Assembly: GCA_905178155.1 (NCBI GenBank)
Contig: CAJINV010000003.1
Span: 10,917,367-10,981,366 of the forward strand
Length of the DNA stretch: 64,000 nucleotides
Reading direction: 5' to 3'
Source: Amoebophrya sp. A120
Lineage: Eukaryota > Protista > Dinoflagellata
Numbering within the stretch: position 1 is the stretch's first letter; each line of letters begins with the position of its first letter. Below, piece after piece: positions 1-12,057 of this stretch. Below the pieces are notes generated by a model. It saw nothing but the letters and a program-made list of their open reading frames with translations. It made no database searches and had not been told where the DNA came from. The translations under genes were made by a program, and so were the position numbers.

Positions 1-195
1 GGACGAGGAGTCCTTCTTGCTAGACGCAAGTTGCGCCGGCCCATCTCAATTTATTGTGACGTGGCTTCGCTAGCTACCGACGATCGTCATTATGCGAGCC
101 CAAAGTTGTAGTCGCGCAGTCTGGTATTTCTACTGCCGGCCCAAACGTGTCATGTGCAGCATCAGGAATCAAAGCTTGTTATTTGTTGATTTGCG

Positions 196-3100
196 TTGCG
201 AAGGCCCCATCTTCAGGACTCTTCTGAGGCGGGGACGTGTTTAGACAGGATAGGCGTCCTAGGAGCAAGCACGCCTTTAATACGGACTGTATATGGTATC
301 GGGGAAAATCAACCGTGGCCAATCGGAGGTATCCTGGACTACAAGTGCAAGGAATGCCACTGCCCCGATCCTTCCCTGGCGGACCAGATTCTGACGGATT
401 TGGAAAGTTCCTGCAACATCCCTAAGTCGATGGGGCTCGGCACCGTCGACGATGTTAGCGCAGGGGTTACCGAGTCGCTGATCTACCACTCGAAGTGGAC
501 GCAGACATCGCAGGTGCACCCGGATTTAATGGATCACCTGTGCATCTCGCCCATTTGCCGATGGCGCATCGAGATGGCGTACGACGCATTCGCTGAGTGC
601 GATACGCTTGATTTGCCGGAAAAGGCAAAGACCACATCCTGGAGGCATTACAGCGAGCTGTCGCTTACTGTGGTCAAGCACTTTGTCATGGTGCTTAAGT
701 CCTCGAAGGAAGCTTGCAAGTCGACCACCAGCCCCAAGAATATCCACACAGGGTACTATTATTTGGGACCAGTTAATATGTCCGCAGCGTAATTTGATAA
801 TTGATAAAATATACTTGCAAAACAAAATCCGCTTTTCTTCTGGTATTTTGATATCTTCCACTTCCTCTGTGTGCGACGTTTGCGCTCGTTCCATGGTGGT
901 TAGGAGCGCAAAGCGTCAAGAAGCGGATGGCGAACGTGAGTGCGCTATCTGTGAGTGAGCAAATAAACTCGTGCGCTCAGACAGTATGACATTTTCATTC
1001 GATGTCATCGGAAAACTACTTAAGTAGATAGATTTAGGATCTTCAACAGCCATTACTGTCGATGGACAAACAGGGCCCTAATCCACCAGAAGCTGCAGAT
1101 AACGGGCATAGACGTGCGTAGTGACACAACGATGCGGGAGGGTGAGCTCGCTTTCCGAATGGCCCTCGCTTCCCTTCTGGATGTACCGATGCGCCGTCTG
1201 GATGTGCGGCTGGAGATGCAGCCCGAATTATGCAAACCCGATGCTGAAGACAACGCCCGGGGTACCTCGTGTAAAAACGTCCTCTCGCGCGACCCATAAT
1301 AACTCAAAGACGCATCTTTGGCACACACTTGGCCGCTTCGCACTCCAACTCTGGTTCTTCAATGTAGGCTTCGTCAATGTAGTTACATCTGTGCTATCAT
1401 CTTTTGCATTCACAATCACAGCATCGAACACATCGATCACCCTGTAGTGTTGATTTTCAAAGCATGTTGACAAGCTTTCAGAGTCCACTGACATCCAAAA
1501 TTCTTTTCATGATCATGAGGCGGCGCAAACGCACGAGTAAGTAAAGCTCTGTTCGGCACGCCGATTCGCTTGGTAAGTATAATTGGGAGAAAGGGATGCT
1601 TTTACACAGGATGTGGAACCCCCAAGTCACCAAGCCGCACGCTTTTCGTAATCCAGTTTGTGAGCATTCTCAATGCGGTTACGGTCAATGCGTGAGCAAC
1701 GAGGATGGCGACGGTTACACATGCCTCTGCAACGAGTGCTACAAGCTCGGCACTGTGAATGGGTATAAATCGACGTGTGGTTGTACTTGTAGAAGCCATT
1801 TTGCGACTTTTGTATATGTTCTTAGCACGTGCCTTCATTTCGTGTTTTCCATTCGATGAAGTGCGATTTTTCATCCAGTAGTGAATTGGGGGCCACTTCT
1901 ACTTCTGAAGGTATCAAACTTGTGTTCCCGACGAGATTTGCTTTTTCAAAAATCCCTGCGACACGTACCCGTCGCCCTGCAAATGTGGATCGCAGTGCGA
2001 GCCGTGCCCGGAGTGCACTGGACAAAAGTTTCAGTGCAAGTGCGGACCGACGTTTTCGGGACCTACCTGCGAGACGCTTGTCTGTCCGAAGGGCTTCTCC
2101 GAAGTTATGCCCTGCCTGGCTGGACTAATCTTCACTGGAAAAGTTGTAGAAATAAAACCCAGACGAGGCAGAGCATGATCAACATGCTAAAGCTGCGCCT
2201 CGCACTATATCGGGCAAAAGCAGAAGTAGGTGACTCCGCTTGTCCTACTATCGTTACATCTACATGATACATCAATATAGTACAACCGTGAGTTGCAATG
2301 CGGTGCGGAGTCAGAGTTTATTTCCCACCCTGGCATGAACATGATAGCGAGTAGTGGAGGAGAGGGGGGGGCGCTGTTCCGCGTTTTATTGCTTCACCAA
2401 TTTATTTTCCAGTTGAGATTGTAACATCAGCTGAGCCAGGTATAGAAGCAGGAGCTGCTGGTGGACAGTGCGGATCTTGTCAACCAATGGACGGTATTTT
2501 TAGTGCGCCGATTTGATATTAAACGACGTCTTCTGTTGATGTAGACGTAGTCGCAAAATGTTCTAATACCGAAGTCAGACCTGCTCGACGAATCTGTTCC
2601 TGAGTTAATGTTGCTTTCGCCTCCCCATCAATTCCAAAAATTCAAAAATACACACAGCAACAAACCCGTGTGATCCCAACCCATGCAAGCACGATGGCGT
2701 GTGTAAAGTGGAAGGGGAAGAGAAGACTTATGTGTGTCAGTGCCCTGCTGATTACACGGGTCCAAATTGCGAAACCCTTGTCTCTATCAACTGCAATATG
2801 TCTGGGTCCTCTGGATGATTCGACTGCAGCAGGAAAAGGAATTTGTTATGCATCTTCGTGGATCTCGCAGATCTTCCAGATGTTCTGGAATGAACGCAAA
2901 AGCATTACAGGTCTTGCGCAGGTCAGGCGATGCCTGTCTTGCGCAGGTCTTACGCCAAAAATGGCCAAGCATTGGTGCTCTTGCAAAACAATTTTTTTTC
3001 GTATTCGAGAGGCTGCGTGACAAGTGCCAATCTTTCGAGACCCAGACACAGTTGCAACGTATAGTCTGCCCCGACGGCTTCTTTGAAGAGGCTGGGAAAT

Positions 3101-6100
3101 GCGTCAGCGTCCAGACCGGCGCTATGAGAGTGCACACCCCCGCCCTCGCCCCCTCATTGGCCGTGGAAAATACCAAGTCCGTGCTTTGCCTCTCGGCACT
3201 GTTTGCGTGACAAGTTCTGCCAGCCCAAATGGCACTTACAATCCTGTGCAGACTTGTGATGCAAAACCTTCAATATTCCTGCTGACGTGTGTATTCGTGT
3301 TTGTTCAAGTCAAATGCGGGGGAGGGTGGAGGCTGTGCACCTTCATAGGCGCGGCCAGCACTGCAGAAACTGCCGCCGATCCCTGCGCGAAGATGCCGTG
3401 TAAGAACGGAGGCGAATGCATTCCCGACGGGGAGTACTACTCCTGTGCCTGTCCGTATGCAGAGAAAGAAGGGAGCGCTACACCACTTACACACGACACG
3501 CACACACACACTATGTTCATGCAGGACACACAATACAGAGAGGTTGTAATGCGGAAAATGCTGTGAGCCTGGTCTTATACGTGTTTTTCTTTGTGATCTT
3601 CGTCATGTAGATTCTTCTTCTCGTTCTCATGCAGATCACATAATGTATCTTCTGCGTTGCCAAACCCAAATCTGCAAAGCTGTGTAAGAACTGCAGCACC
3701 ACCACTTCTTTCCTGGGATAGTCCGCCACTGTATTCGGGCACGGACTGTGAATATAAAGGTGTTTTTTTATGAATTAAAGTATGTGCTGCACGAGTTGTG
3801 CTTGTTGTATGTTCGGATGTATCATGGAACTAGAGCTCCTGCATGTGATGATGATGATGATGATGCTTCATCGTGAAAATAGAGTTTCAATTGGAATTAT
3901 GTAGTATAATCTAAGCCCCAAGAATATCAATCTCCATGTGGCCTGAAGACGAGAACAGCAGTGCTGCTACACGTTGAACAAAAAACAGAAAACCCTTGCG
4001 ACGCCGATCCATGCGATGGCACGAAGTGCATTCCTGACGATACAACGGCCCTGGGTTACTATTGCCAGTGCGAAGATTGCGCGCACGGAGACTCGACGGG
4101 CTTCTTTGGCTTTCGCTTCAACAGCCGCTTGCTGCAGGAGATGGCCAAACGGAGAGTGGCTAAGCGCAGGAGGCGAATGCAAGTCACTACAAACCAAGAT
4201 GGTATTCTATTTGCACAATGCTTGTCGCGATCATGCAACATTTACTAGTTCTGATGTGCCGCCGAAGTTCACCTTACCATTTGCATTTCCAAAGCTCACG
4301 ATGACTGACGAAGCAAAAGCTGGTACGTAAGGCTTTTTTGTTCCTAGTTTTTGTTTTGAGCCCCTCATCTTCGATGAAACCCTAAAAAACCATAAGAAAT
4401 TCATTGACAGCGATGCTCTACAACTGGGACGCGGGGCGCACGGTTCCCGGCACGCGCCCGCTGGCCTCTGAGGCCATGGGCTACATATTCACTGCAACAT
4501 GTCTGGGTCCTCGGGAGTGTTGTAATGCTCGTTGGTGAATGATCATGCGCGCGCTGCAATAGTGCGCAGCCAAGCGTAACTTGTTTTTGAGCTGATATTT
4601 CTTGCGTATTCATCATCCTCATCCATGTGATAGACTGTGGTTTTCCATGACAGGCAGAAGCAGGACGAGCACGTCTTTGTTTCCGAGCAGGACGACCACG
4701 TCTTTGCTTCTGCCATGGGTCGCGGAGGTCTTCCGACTCGTTCTCAGACAGGCATGACAACAAATCCAGACCCAAACAGATGTGCAACGCATACTGTGGC
4801 GGCGTAGACAAAATTGCGCCCCACTGCGCGGTGTACCAGAACGCCCCCAACATGGGGGCGGAGGTGACGCTTTCCATCAAGTGTCCCAAGAACGATATCG
4901 GCGACGGTGTCGACTGTGCGGACCTGATGAGCAAAGTGACAAGACTGCAAACGTCGAGCAGCATGCAGAAGGAGTTGACCAAGCGCGCGCGCAACAACTG
5001 CGTGGCCACCGATGTGCACTTCGTGAGCTCCCCGATATGACAGCGCACGAGCCTTCCGCCCCCTCATTTGCAGGGCATGCTGAGCAGGAATACAAGGAAC
5101 AGCAGAAGTCAATGTGGCATCCGTATAGTAGTACTCTTTGAGCTGTTTCAAAATTTGCCATGTGCATTCTGTCCAAAATTTGCCATGATGCGTATTCTGC
5201 TCAGAGAGGCCATGACGCCGATTCTGCCTTCCAAATAAGTGGGGCAGGGACTTGCTCACTCCCATACCCGACGGAGGAGATTCAGATCGCGGATTGCCCT
5301 TCCACGGCGGAGTTCGACTTCCGCTGGAACAAGGTATGGGCTGAGTTATTCCACAATGAAACAAGGGCACCCAAATCAGAAACGAAAAAATGTCCTGCGG
5401 CTTTTTGCCTCACACACAAGGTCTTTCTGGCTCTCCAGGGTGACAAAGTTTTTGCAGCTTTATTTCTCGAAATGTGCCAAATGGTCGCACTACGACCTGC
5501 AGTCCATTTCTAACACGACTGGGACAGAAAACTACCTCTCTCGCCACGGTCCGTCTCCGCGTTCTTGCAGAGGTTTATTAGCGACGAAACTTTTTTTTCG
5601 GGTATGGGTGTGCTTTTCTGTGGAATACGATTGCGAATTTGAGAAGCTGGGTTTCGCGGAAGACGACCCCTGGAAAGTGTATATCGGACATGAAGGCGTT
5701 GAAACGCTGGACATGGAGTACCTCTTACGACAGCGCACAACTACGACTTCCCCTCCCCCGCATGTTGAAGAGATGAGAGAGTAGACGCAACAGAAGATAC
5801 AGAAGCTGCACCGGTAAAGAGAAAGATGCAGCCTTTGCGTCACTAGATTAGGCATAGTTGTGCTCTTTATTAATTTGGCTTTGGGGCGCCGCTATCGGAA
5901 CCGATTACGCATAAAGTGCCAAGAAACAATCACTGAATTTCCTTCATTTAAATGAGTGGCAGAGCAGGGAGTAGTTCTTGGGCACCTGCATACATCCCGC
6001 TGCTGTGCCACAATCCGGTGTGCCGCGGCATGGCCATGGACTTGTCTGGCCTCTTTACCAGCTGCAGCAACAGTGCGCCGGGCTACCTCGGCCGGCTGGC

Positions 6101-9100
6101 CCGGAAGGCCAAGGCCTTGAAGAACTCGCTCAAAGTGTGCGGGAACCCGAGCGGGGCCGTCATGAGCCGCCAGCAGGTCGCGGTCGTGGGCGTCTTGGAT
6201 CCGTTGTCCAAGTTATCTACAAAAAAACGACTGCTCATCCCCATACAATTCGTCATGCAAAGCATGCATCAAGATCAAAGTCAAACCCAGCGCTTGCGCT
6301 TCCCATACAAAAAAATGATAGGGATGTGTTTTTTTTTTCTGGGGATACAACTCGGAGCTCCTCCACACGGAGGCCTTCGTCGAGGAGCTAATCGTGAACG
6401 CGACCGGTATCGCCACCGATCGTGTTGTCGTTTTGACGCAGCCGGTGTTGCACGTGAATGATTTCTGGTCACAAATTCCGCAAACACCAAACGTCGTTGG
6501 CGCACGAAGCGCAGTTGCGATGGGGTGAGGAGATTTTGACTTTGCTAATTCCATTTTGTGTAAAGTATTTCGCCGCATGGAGCTGCGCACGTTTATTCAT
6601 GTTGCACTTGCATGGAAGATTCGAATTGTAATGAAATACGATTGCCTTTGCGACTGCTCATCTGCGCACGCAGTGCGGATACGGGCCTCCTGCATCATTC
6701 TTAAGATCTGGGTGCTCGATGATGAACTTGGAGTAGCTACTAGGACTACAACATACATCTCAGGCCTTTCCGTCCCGTCTCCCTAGCCGGTCTGCAATAC
6801 GGCGAGACACCCCACGCAAAAGTCTGTTTGGGCCTGTGCATTGCCACGGCCAGCCCCGGACCGGACCCAGGCATGACTACGGACCCGGCAGCGCCACTCG
6901 AGCTGACCTTTTCCGAACCCATCAAGATGGGCGACTGCCTGACCACTGGGTACTGCAAAATCAGCTTGAAGCCTTACAACTCCGCATACGGTTACTACAA
7001 TCTAGATGCCACCGTGATCACTTCCGAGATTGTCGTCGCAGGCATGAGCGTGAAGCTCAAGCCCCGCAGCTTTCTCAAGGCAAACGCAAACTACACTGTC
7101 GAAATCGAGGAGGGTGCCTTCGAGGGAGAAAAGACCGGTGAAATCATGAAGAAAACGGTACAGAAGCCAGATTTTCCGTTTGACAAAGACCCGAAATCAT
7201 AACCGTCACTTGAAGATATCAATTTCGTTATTTTCGCGTACGACCAGATCGTAGGAGTGGTAGAAGTAGAGCATAGATAGTTTGAGTTTAAGAGTGGACG
7301 TAGTTGTTCATCACCGGTAATATTGCGTGATGGTCATGAACATGATTTACACTCGTGTGATGGCGGACGTCTTAACTTTTCTTAGGATGGACCACGACCA
7401 CCACGTCGAGCAGGCATAAAACTGTGAGCATCTTTACTGTAGTAATATCGAAATTTCTTCAGGCTTTTTGGTTTTTGACCGGACCGCCGACGAGCAGTGT
7501 CGTGAAGGTTTCGGTTATGCTATCCTCCCGGAAACAAGTGTGCCCGTGCCAGAAAAGCGATAAAAAATATTTCGTTCTTGCAGCTGGTGCTGGATTCCTG
7601 TCACTAAAGCTTCGGCAGAAAGAACCACGAGGAGAAAAAGGCACTCTTCTGTCATGAACCGTGCCTGTTGCAAAACTTGCACTTCGACTTCTCGCTGGCG
7701 ACTTACTAGAGACGGGCACCAAAGAAGTTTGTCACTGTGAACAACCTCTATTTTTTTCTTGTATGGGTGTGGTTTTCTGTAGGATATATGCTGGGTTGCG
7801 ATGATCACGCGTCGTGTCACTACTACACCAGCTACCTGCCGGACTTTGTCGGCGATATTGAGGGGGCGCTGATCCAGCCCTTGCAGGGCAGATTGAAGAG
7901 TTTGCGCTCGCAAAAAAATCCTGAACCAGACAACTTCGACGAGAATGGCGACCAGCTTCCTACAGACCTGATTCCGGCGCCGGAGCGACGGCGTGTGCTC
8001 CAGGCACAAGCACAGAGACTTCTTTCGTCGACGGAGGATAGCGCGGCGACGGCTGGCGACCCCGTCGTGGAAGGCAGAAAGCCCGCGAAGTGCGAAACCG
8101 TGTCCACGTGGTTTTTGATGTGCGTGTTGAGTATGGTACCCCTGTTCCTGAGTTTTGTCACGGCTGCGCTCGCGGGCCGCGCCATCACGCCCTGGGTGCA
8201 AGACGTCCGGAAGGAGGGCTACCAGAAGACTTTTACGTATGCGCAGCACGTAGACGGTGGTTGGAAGTCCAAGCTGATCGAAAATCCCCGAAGTTTTTCG
8301 GCCCGGCTCGCGGGGCCATGGCTCTACCTGCCCCTGTTGATGCTACTGTCCCTGGGCGGCGCTGCGACCGTTGCAATCATCTTCATCAACTCCACCGACG
8401 ACGTCATCAATTACATGGCCGCTGTGATGTACAATTCCCTCTGCTGTTCATGATCGATGTTTCAGCTTTATTATCTTTGATTCTGCTTTCGCATGATGAT
8501 TTTTTTGGGTGATAAAAATTGAACCGTATATAGTAATTAAGGTCGTGCTCGTGGTCCGATTGATGCTCCTGAGAAGAAGTAGTGTACGAGTATGTTCTTG
8601 TACATGAAGAACATGAAGAACACGCTTTCAACATCAACTCAGGTCCATGTCTGTAGCGGGGATCATTTGGAACCTGTTCAGCATTTGTGTATCCACCTGG
8701 GTCGCACCCGGGTACCTCCCTTTCCAGACAGATAGCCCGAAGCAGCCACTCCAAGCGGGGGCGGGACTCTGGAACCTGGGCAGTAAGCACCACCGGAGCC
8801 CCTTGTCGCTGTATCCGATACCGTATGGGTACTCGGAAAAACCGGATTACGATGTCGAGGGACACGAGAACCAGGCAGATGTCGATGATATGGTAAACTC
8901 AGTGAACATCAACGTGCCGAGACATCTCGCCCAATCCACGGGAGCAATGAGCCGACTTACGAAGCCGATTCCGGAAGTAGAGCAGATAGCAAAGATATGC
9001 TACGCGATCGCGGTCTTTATCGGGATGATCTCAAGCGTTTTACATTCGTCCGTGTTACATGATTTTGCGTCCTCGCTACTAGAATGCCAAAAGTAGTCAA

Positions 9101-10538
9101 GCACACAGGGGAGGTGGTGCGTCTTACATAACATACAGATTATTTCAAAAGGATTTCAGCGCTATTGTAAAGTGCGTGGAAAATAATCTCTTGCCCCACG
9201 AAGTAAGTAGCTTGATCTTGTAGACGGGCGTCGCGATTTCATCGTATGGCAAGTCATAGTTAAGCATCGATCAGTGTATTAACGCTTGAGAGCGCCATAG
9301 TCTTCAATAGCTTTGTCGGGATGATGACGCTCACTGGTCTGGCCATGCAACTCTGTCCGCAGCCCGTCTCTATGCATTTGGTACAATATCAGAGACCTTC
9401 TCCTTCAAATTGTGTATTTTTCGTGATTTGCCAGGTAATTATTGCCATGGATACTTTGAGGTTAACGATTACTATCAACCAGGTTCAGTTCTGCAGTCTC
9501 TTCGGTTTCAGTTTCGCCGTTGGGTTCGTAATTTTAAGCGTGTCTCTGATGAAGCAGCACACGTTCCAGCCGGTTGTCGCAGTGAGCTACAAGCAAGATA
9601 ACCGCGAATGGCTGTCCCAAAGCTACCTAGCCCACGATGTGCAGTTCCAGGAGCAGAGTAACAAGGTTGTGTCATTCAATCATCTTCTCCCGCATATGAG
9701 ACTGCACAACTCCACTCCCCCGCCTCATTTTTGCATAATGCTAAAAAATCCAAGACCAAGATGAAGTCATGACATGCCTCGAAGCACTTCTTGCGTGACA
9801 CATAGTGGCAGCACACCCTCCTCGAACAGTACTACAATCGTATTCGTGTTCGGAGATTGCATAATTTGTGGCCTTGCTTCTGTTGCCACTCATGCCCTAA
9901 AAAAAAGCGGGAGGGGGGGTTGTGCAATCTGATACCGAAGGCCGCGAGCTCAGAAGGGGTGCTACCAGGATACGAGCTCGTACAGATCATCGAAAGGCAG
10001 GCAAATGGAATAGTGGTACCTACTCCGATTATTTTTTATTTTGGAAAGAAAAATACTGTTGAGATGCGGGCTTAAGTAGTCTGCTGTAATGCGTCATTGT
10101 GACACCTCAAAAACAAAACAGCACGTTGAAAGAAAACAGAATATGTGAATTTGTATTTTATGCGTTCCTGCTGCCTGCTGACAACCGCTTGATGTATTTT
10201 ACATGAGCGGCACAGCGACCCTGCTTCTTACAAAAAAACACCACTCTCAGAAAAACAAGCGGGATCTTCGCGACAACGACGATGCGAGGAACGAGTTGAA
10301 TTACTTTGAGCGGTATGGTAACGAGGTCACCCTGTTGTTCAAAGCAAGCTATTACCCCCTGCAGAAGGATGTGACAAGATTCGAACGAAGCAACCCATAC
10401 CTGCCCCCGTTGGTGCGCGCACCCATGAAAAAGAACCTGCCGCCCTCATCACCCGGGCGGTCGGCGCGAGGGGGTCCCGGGACGACGATGATGGCGGGAC
10501 CAGGCTCACCGTCCGCCACAGCTGCCCGCGCTTTGTAA
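196..10538 (+). CDS. Large multi-exon EGF-repeat / Cys-rich / Ig-like (Big_5/SbsA-type) multi-pass membrane protein; 5' end probably upstream of the window; may be two genes
   Basis: EGF repeats rebuilt across introns (NPCDPNPCKHDGVCKVEGEEKTYVCQCPADYTGPNCE; DPCAKMPCKNGGECIPDGEYYSCACPPLYSGTDCE). Ig-like segment at 6828-7160 (LELTFSEPI...LKANANYTVEIEEGAF). Hydrophobic helices at 8100-8430, 8650-8700, 9000-9030 and 9480-9550. Not all exon boundaries resolved. Confidence 0.65.
2784..3067 (+). mobile_element. Non-canonical TIR intron (introner), family A
   Basis: DR GTCT; IR TGCAATATGTCTGGGTC / GACCCAGACACAGTTGCA; splicing gives CETLVCPDGFFEEAGKC. Confidence 0.8.
3123..3352 (+). mobile_element. 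Non-canonical TIR intron, family B
   Basis: DR GGCGC; IR TATGAGAGTGCACA / TGTGCACCTTCATA; splicing gives QTGAASTAETAADPC in frame. Confidence 0.85.
3456..3725 (+). mobile_element. Non-canonical TIR intron interrupting an EGF repeat
   Basis: DR GTCCG; IR TATGCAGAGAAAGAAG / CTTCTTTCCTGGGATA; splicing completes the EGF motif CACPPLYSGTDCE. Confidence 0.88.
4485..4794 (+). mobile_element. Non-canonical TIR intron, family A
   Basis: TGCAACATGTCTGGGTC / GACCCAAACAGATGTGCA; DR TAC gives AMGYCGGVDK. Confidence 0.65.
5036..5271 (+). mobile_element. Non-canonical TIR intron, family B
   Basis: DR CCCGA; TATGACAGCGCAC / TCACTCCCATA; splicing gives VSSPTEEIQIADCP. Confidence 0.8.
5722..5993 (+). mobile_element. 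Non-canonical TIR intron, family B-like (degenerate)
   Basis: Left TACGACAGCGCACAACTAC plus C-run; right AAATGAG, G-rich, GGGCACCTGCATA; DR TAC gives DMEYIPLLCHNPVCR. Confidence 0.6.
9693..9937 (+). mobile_element. Non-canonical TIR intron, family B
   Basis: DR CCG; TATGAGACTGCACAAC / GTTGTGCAATCTGATA; splicing gives HLLPKAASS. Confidence 0.75.
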
Positions 10539-12057
10539 GGGAATTGTGACACCAACATGCGTTGTGTACTAATGAAAAGAGCCGCTTCAATTTTTTTCAC
10601 TGACTGCACCTCATAGATGCAGAACACGTCGCGCCGGCTCGCGTGGTCCGATGTCTTTTAGTGATACTCCTTTACGAGGAATGAAAGGGTTCTCATGGTT
10701 CATATATACTAGTAAATTGTATCTTTATGCAAGCCTGAAGTTTACCCCTATACGTGGATCGATGTACCGACTTTCGTGGTGAATGGAATTATAGTGATGT
10801 GTGAATCAAGCTTGAAAGAGGCTCCTCTTGGGACCGGCGTCTGCATTAGGGGGAGCGTTTGATGTAGTTCACTTCTAACTCACTTCCAACCTATTGTAGC
10901 CGCAAAGTGACAAGATGATAGCTCATCAACGGTCTTCAGCCACTCTGCGCTTCCTGGTGATAGCTCTGGCCTACCTGAAGAAGTGGTGACGGCAGAATGT
11001 AGAATTGATGAAATTTTGATCTTCCACGCCTGTGCCACGAGTGGGATTGGCGCGCGCTGCCCGAGGTGGTGTCATAAACTTGCATCATCCAAAACTACAT
11101 CGCGTCCCCAAGCGTGTCGTGTCGCTAGTAGTTAAATACTAAATAGTTTTCATAGAAAGGGGCTATGACTTTTTATAGTTCGCTGTATTACCGCTTCGAA
11201 CATCAACATGTTGTAACACTTACTTACGTAGGGTGCGTCGTATGCCTCCGGTCGTGCCTGCTGAGCTGAGGGCAGAACTCGCTCCATCAAGAAAATGCGT
11301 GAAAATGGTATATGGGTCAAAGTCAATCGTTATGTAAAACAGAGGATGTGAAGGGCGTTGCAGTTGTGGAGAAAAGAAACTAGTATCCGAAAATTTGTAG
11401 CGGAGCTCTCGTCTGCTCCGTCGAATGATATTAGCAACACCTGAGGACAACGACAACTACACCAGCTATTCGTAAATTCTAAACAGTGTTTTTGTTCATC
11501 ACGTGACGCTGCTTCAAACACTATGTTCGTGATTCATTGCCGAACTTTTGTTCGATCGTGGTCGTGCTGGCTCATCCATCGCATGCGCATGCCATGCTCG
11601 AGAGTGTGAGCGCATTTTTGTCGACCATCCGATTGTTTCTCAGGAGTCCCTTCCTCGTTGACAATACAGAGAGATTACGTCACAGCAGAGCTCGATGCAT
11701 CGGCGACAAGAGCGATTTAGCGGGCGTGATGTAGTCGTCCACCTCCCGATTTATTTTACATGAACTGCAGCCTGCTTGCGTCGATAGCAAATTCGACTTC
11801 GAGGCTTGAGATATCGTATATCTACTATATGCTAGTTATTCTAATGTTAATCTCGGAGTTGTGTTTGTGAGTGAGCATATGTTTTAGTTACAGCCCTCCT
11901 TTGCCATTCTGAAGAGTATGAAGATCGAGTTATTCATGGTTGACGTCTCAGTAGCGAGAGCATAGCGAATCCAGATCATCTTCGACTAAGTACACTACCG
12001 CTGTTGCGCGCCAGTGAGTGTGGACGACCTGCGCTGCGGGCGCTAAAAAGCGTGAAG

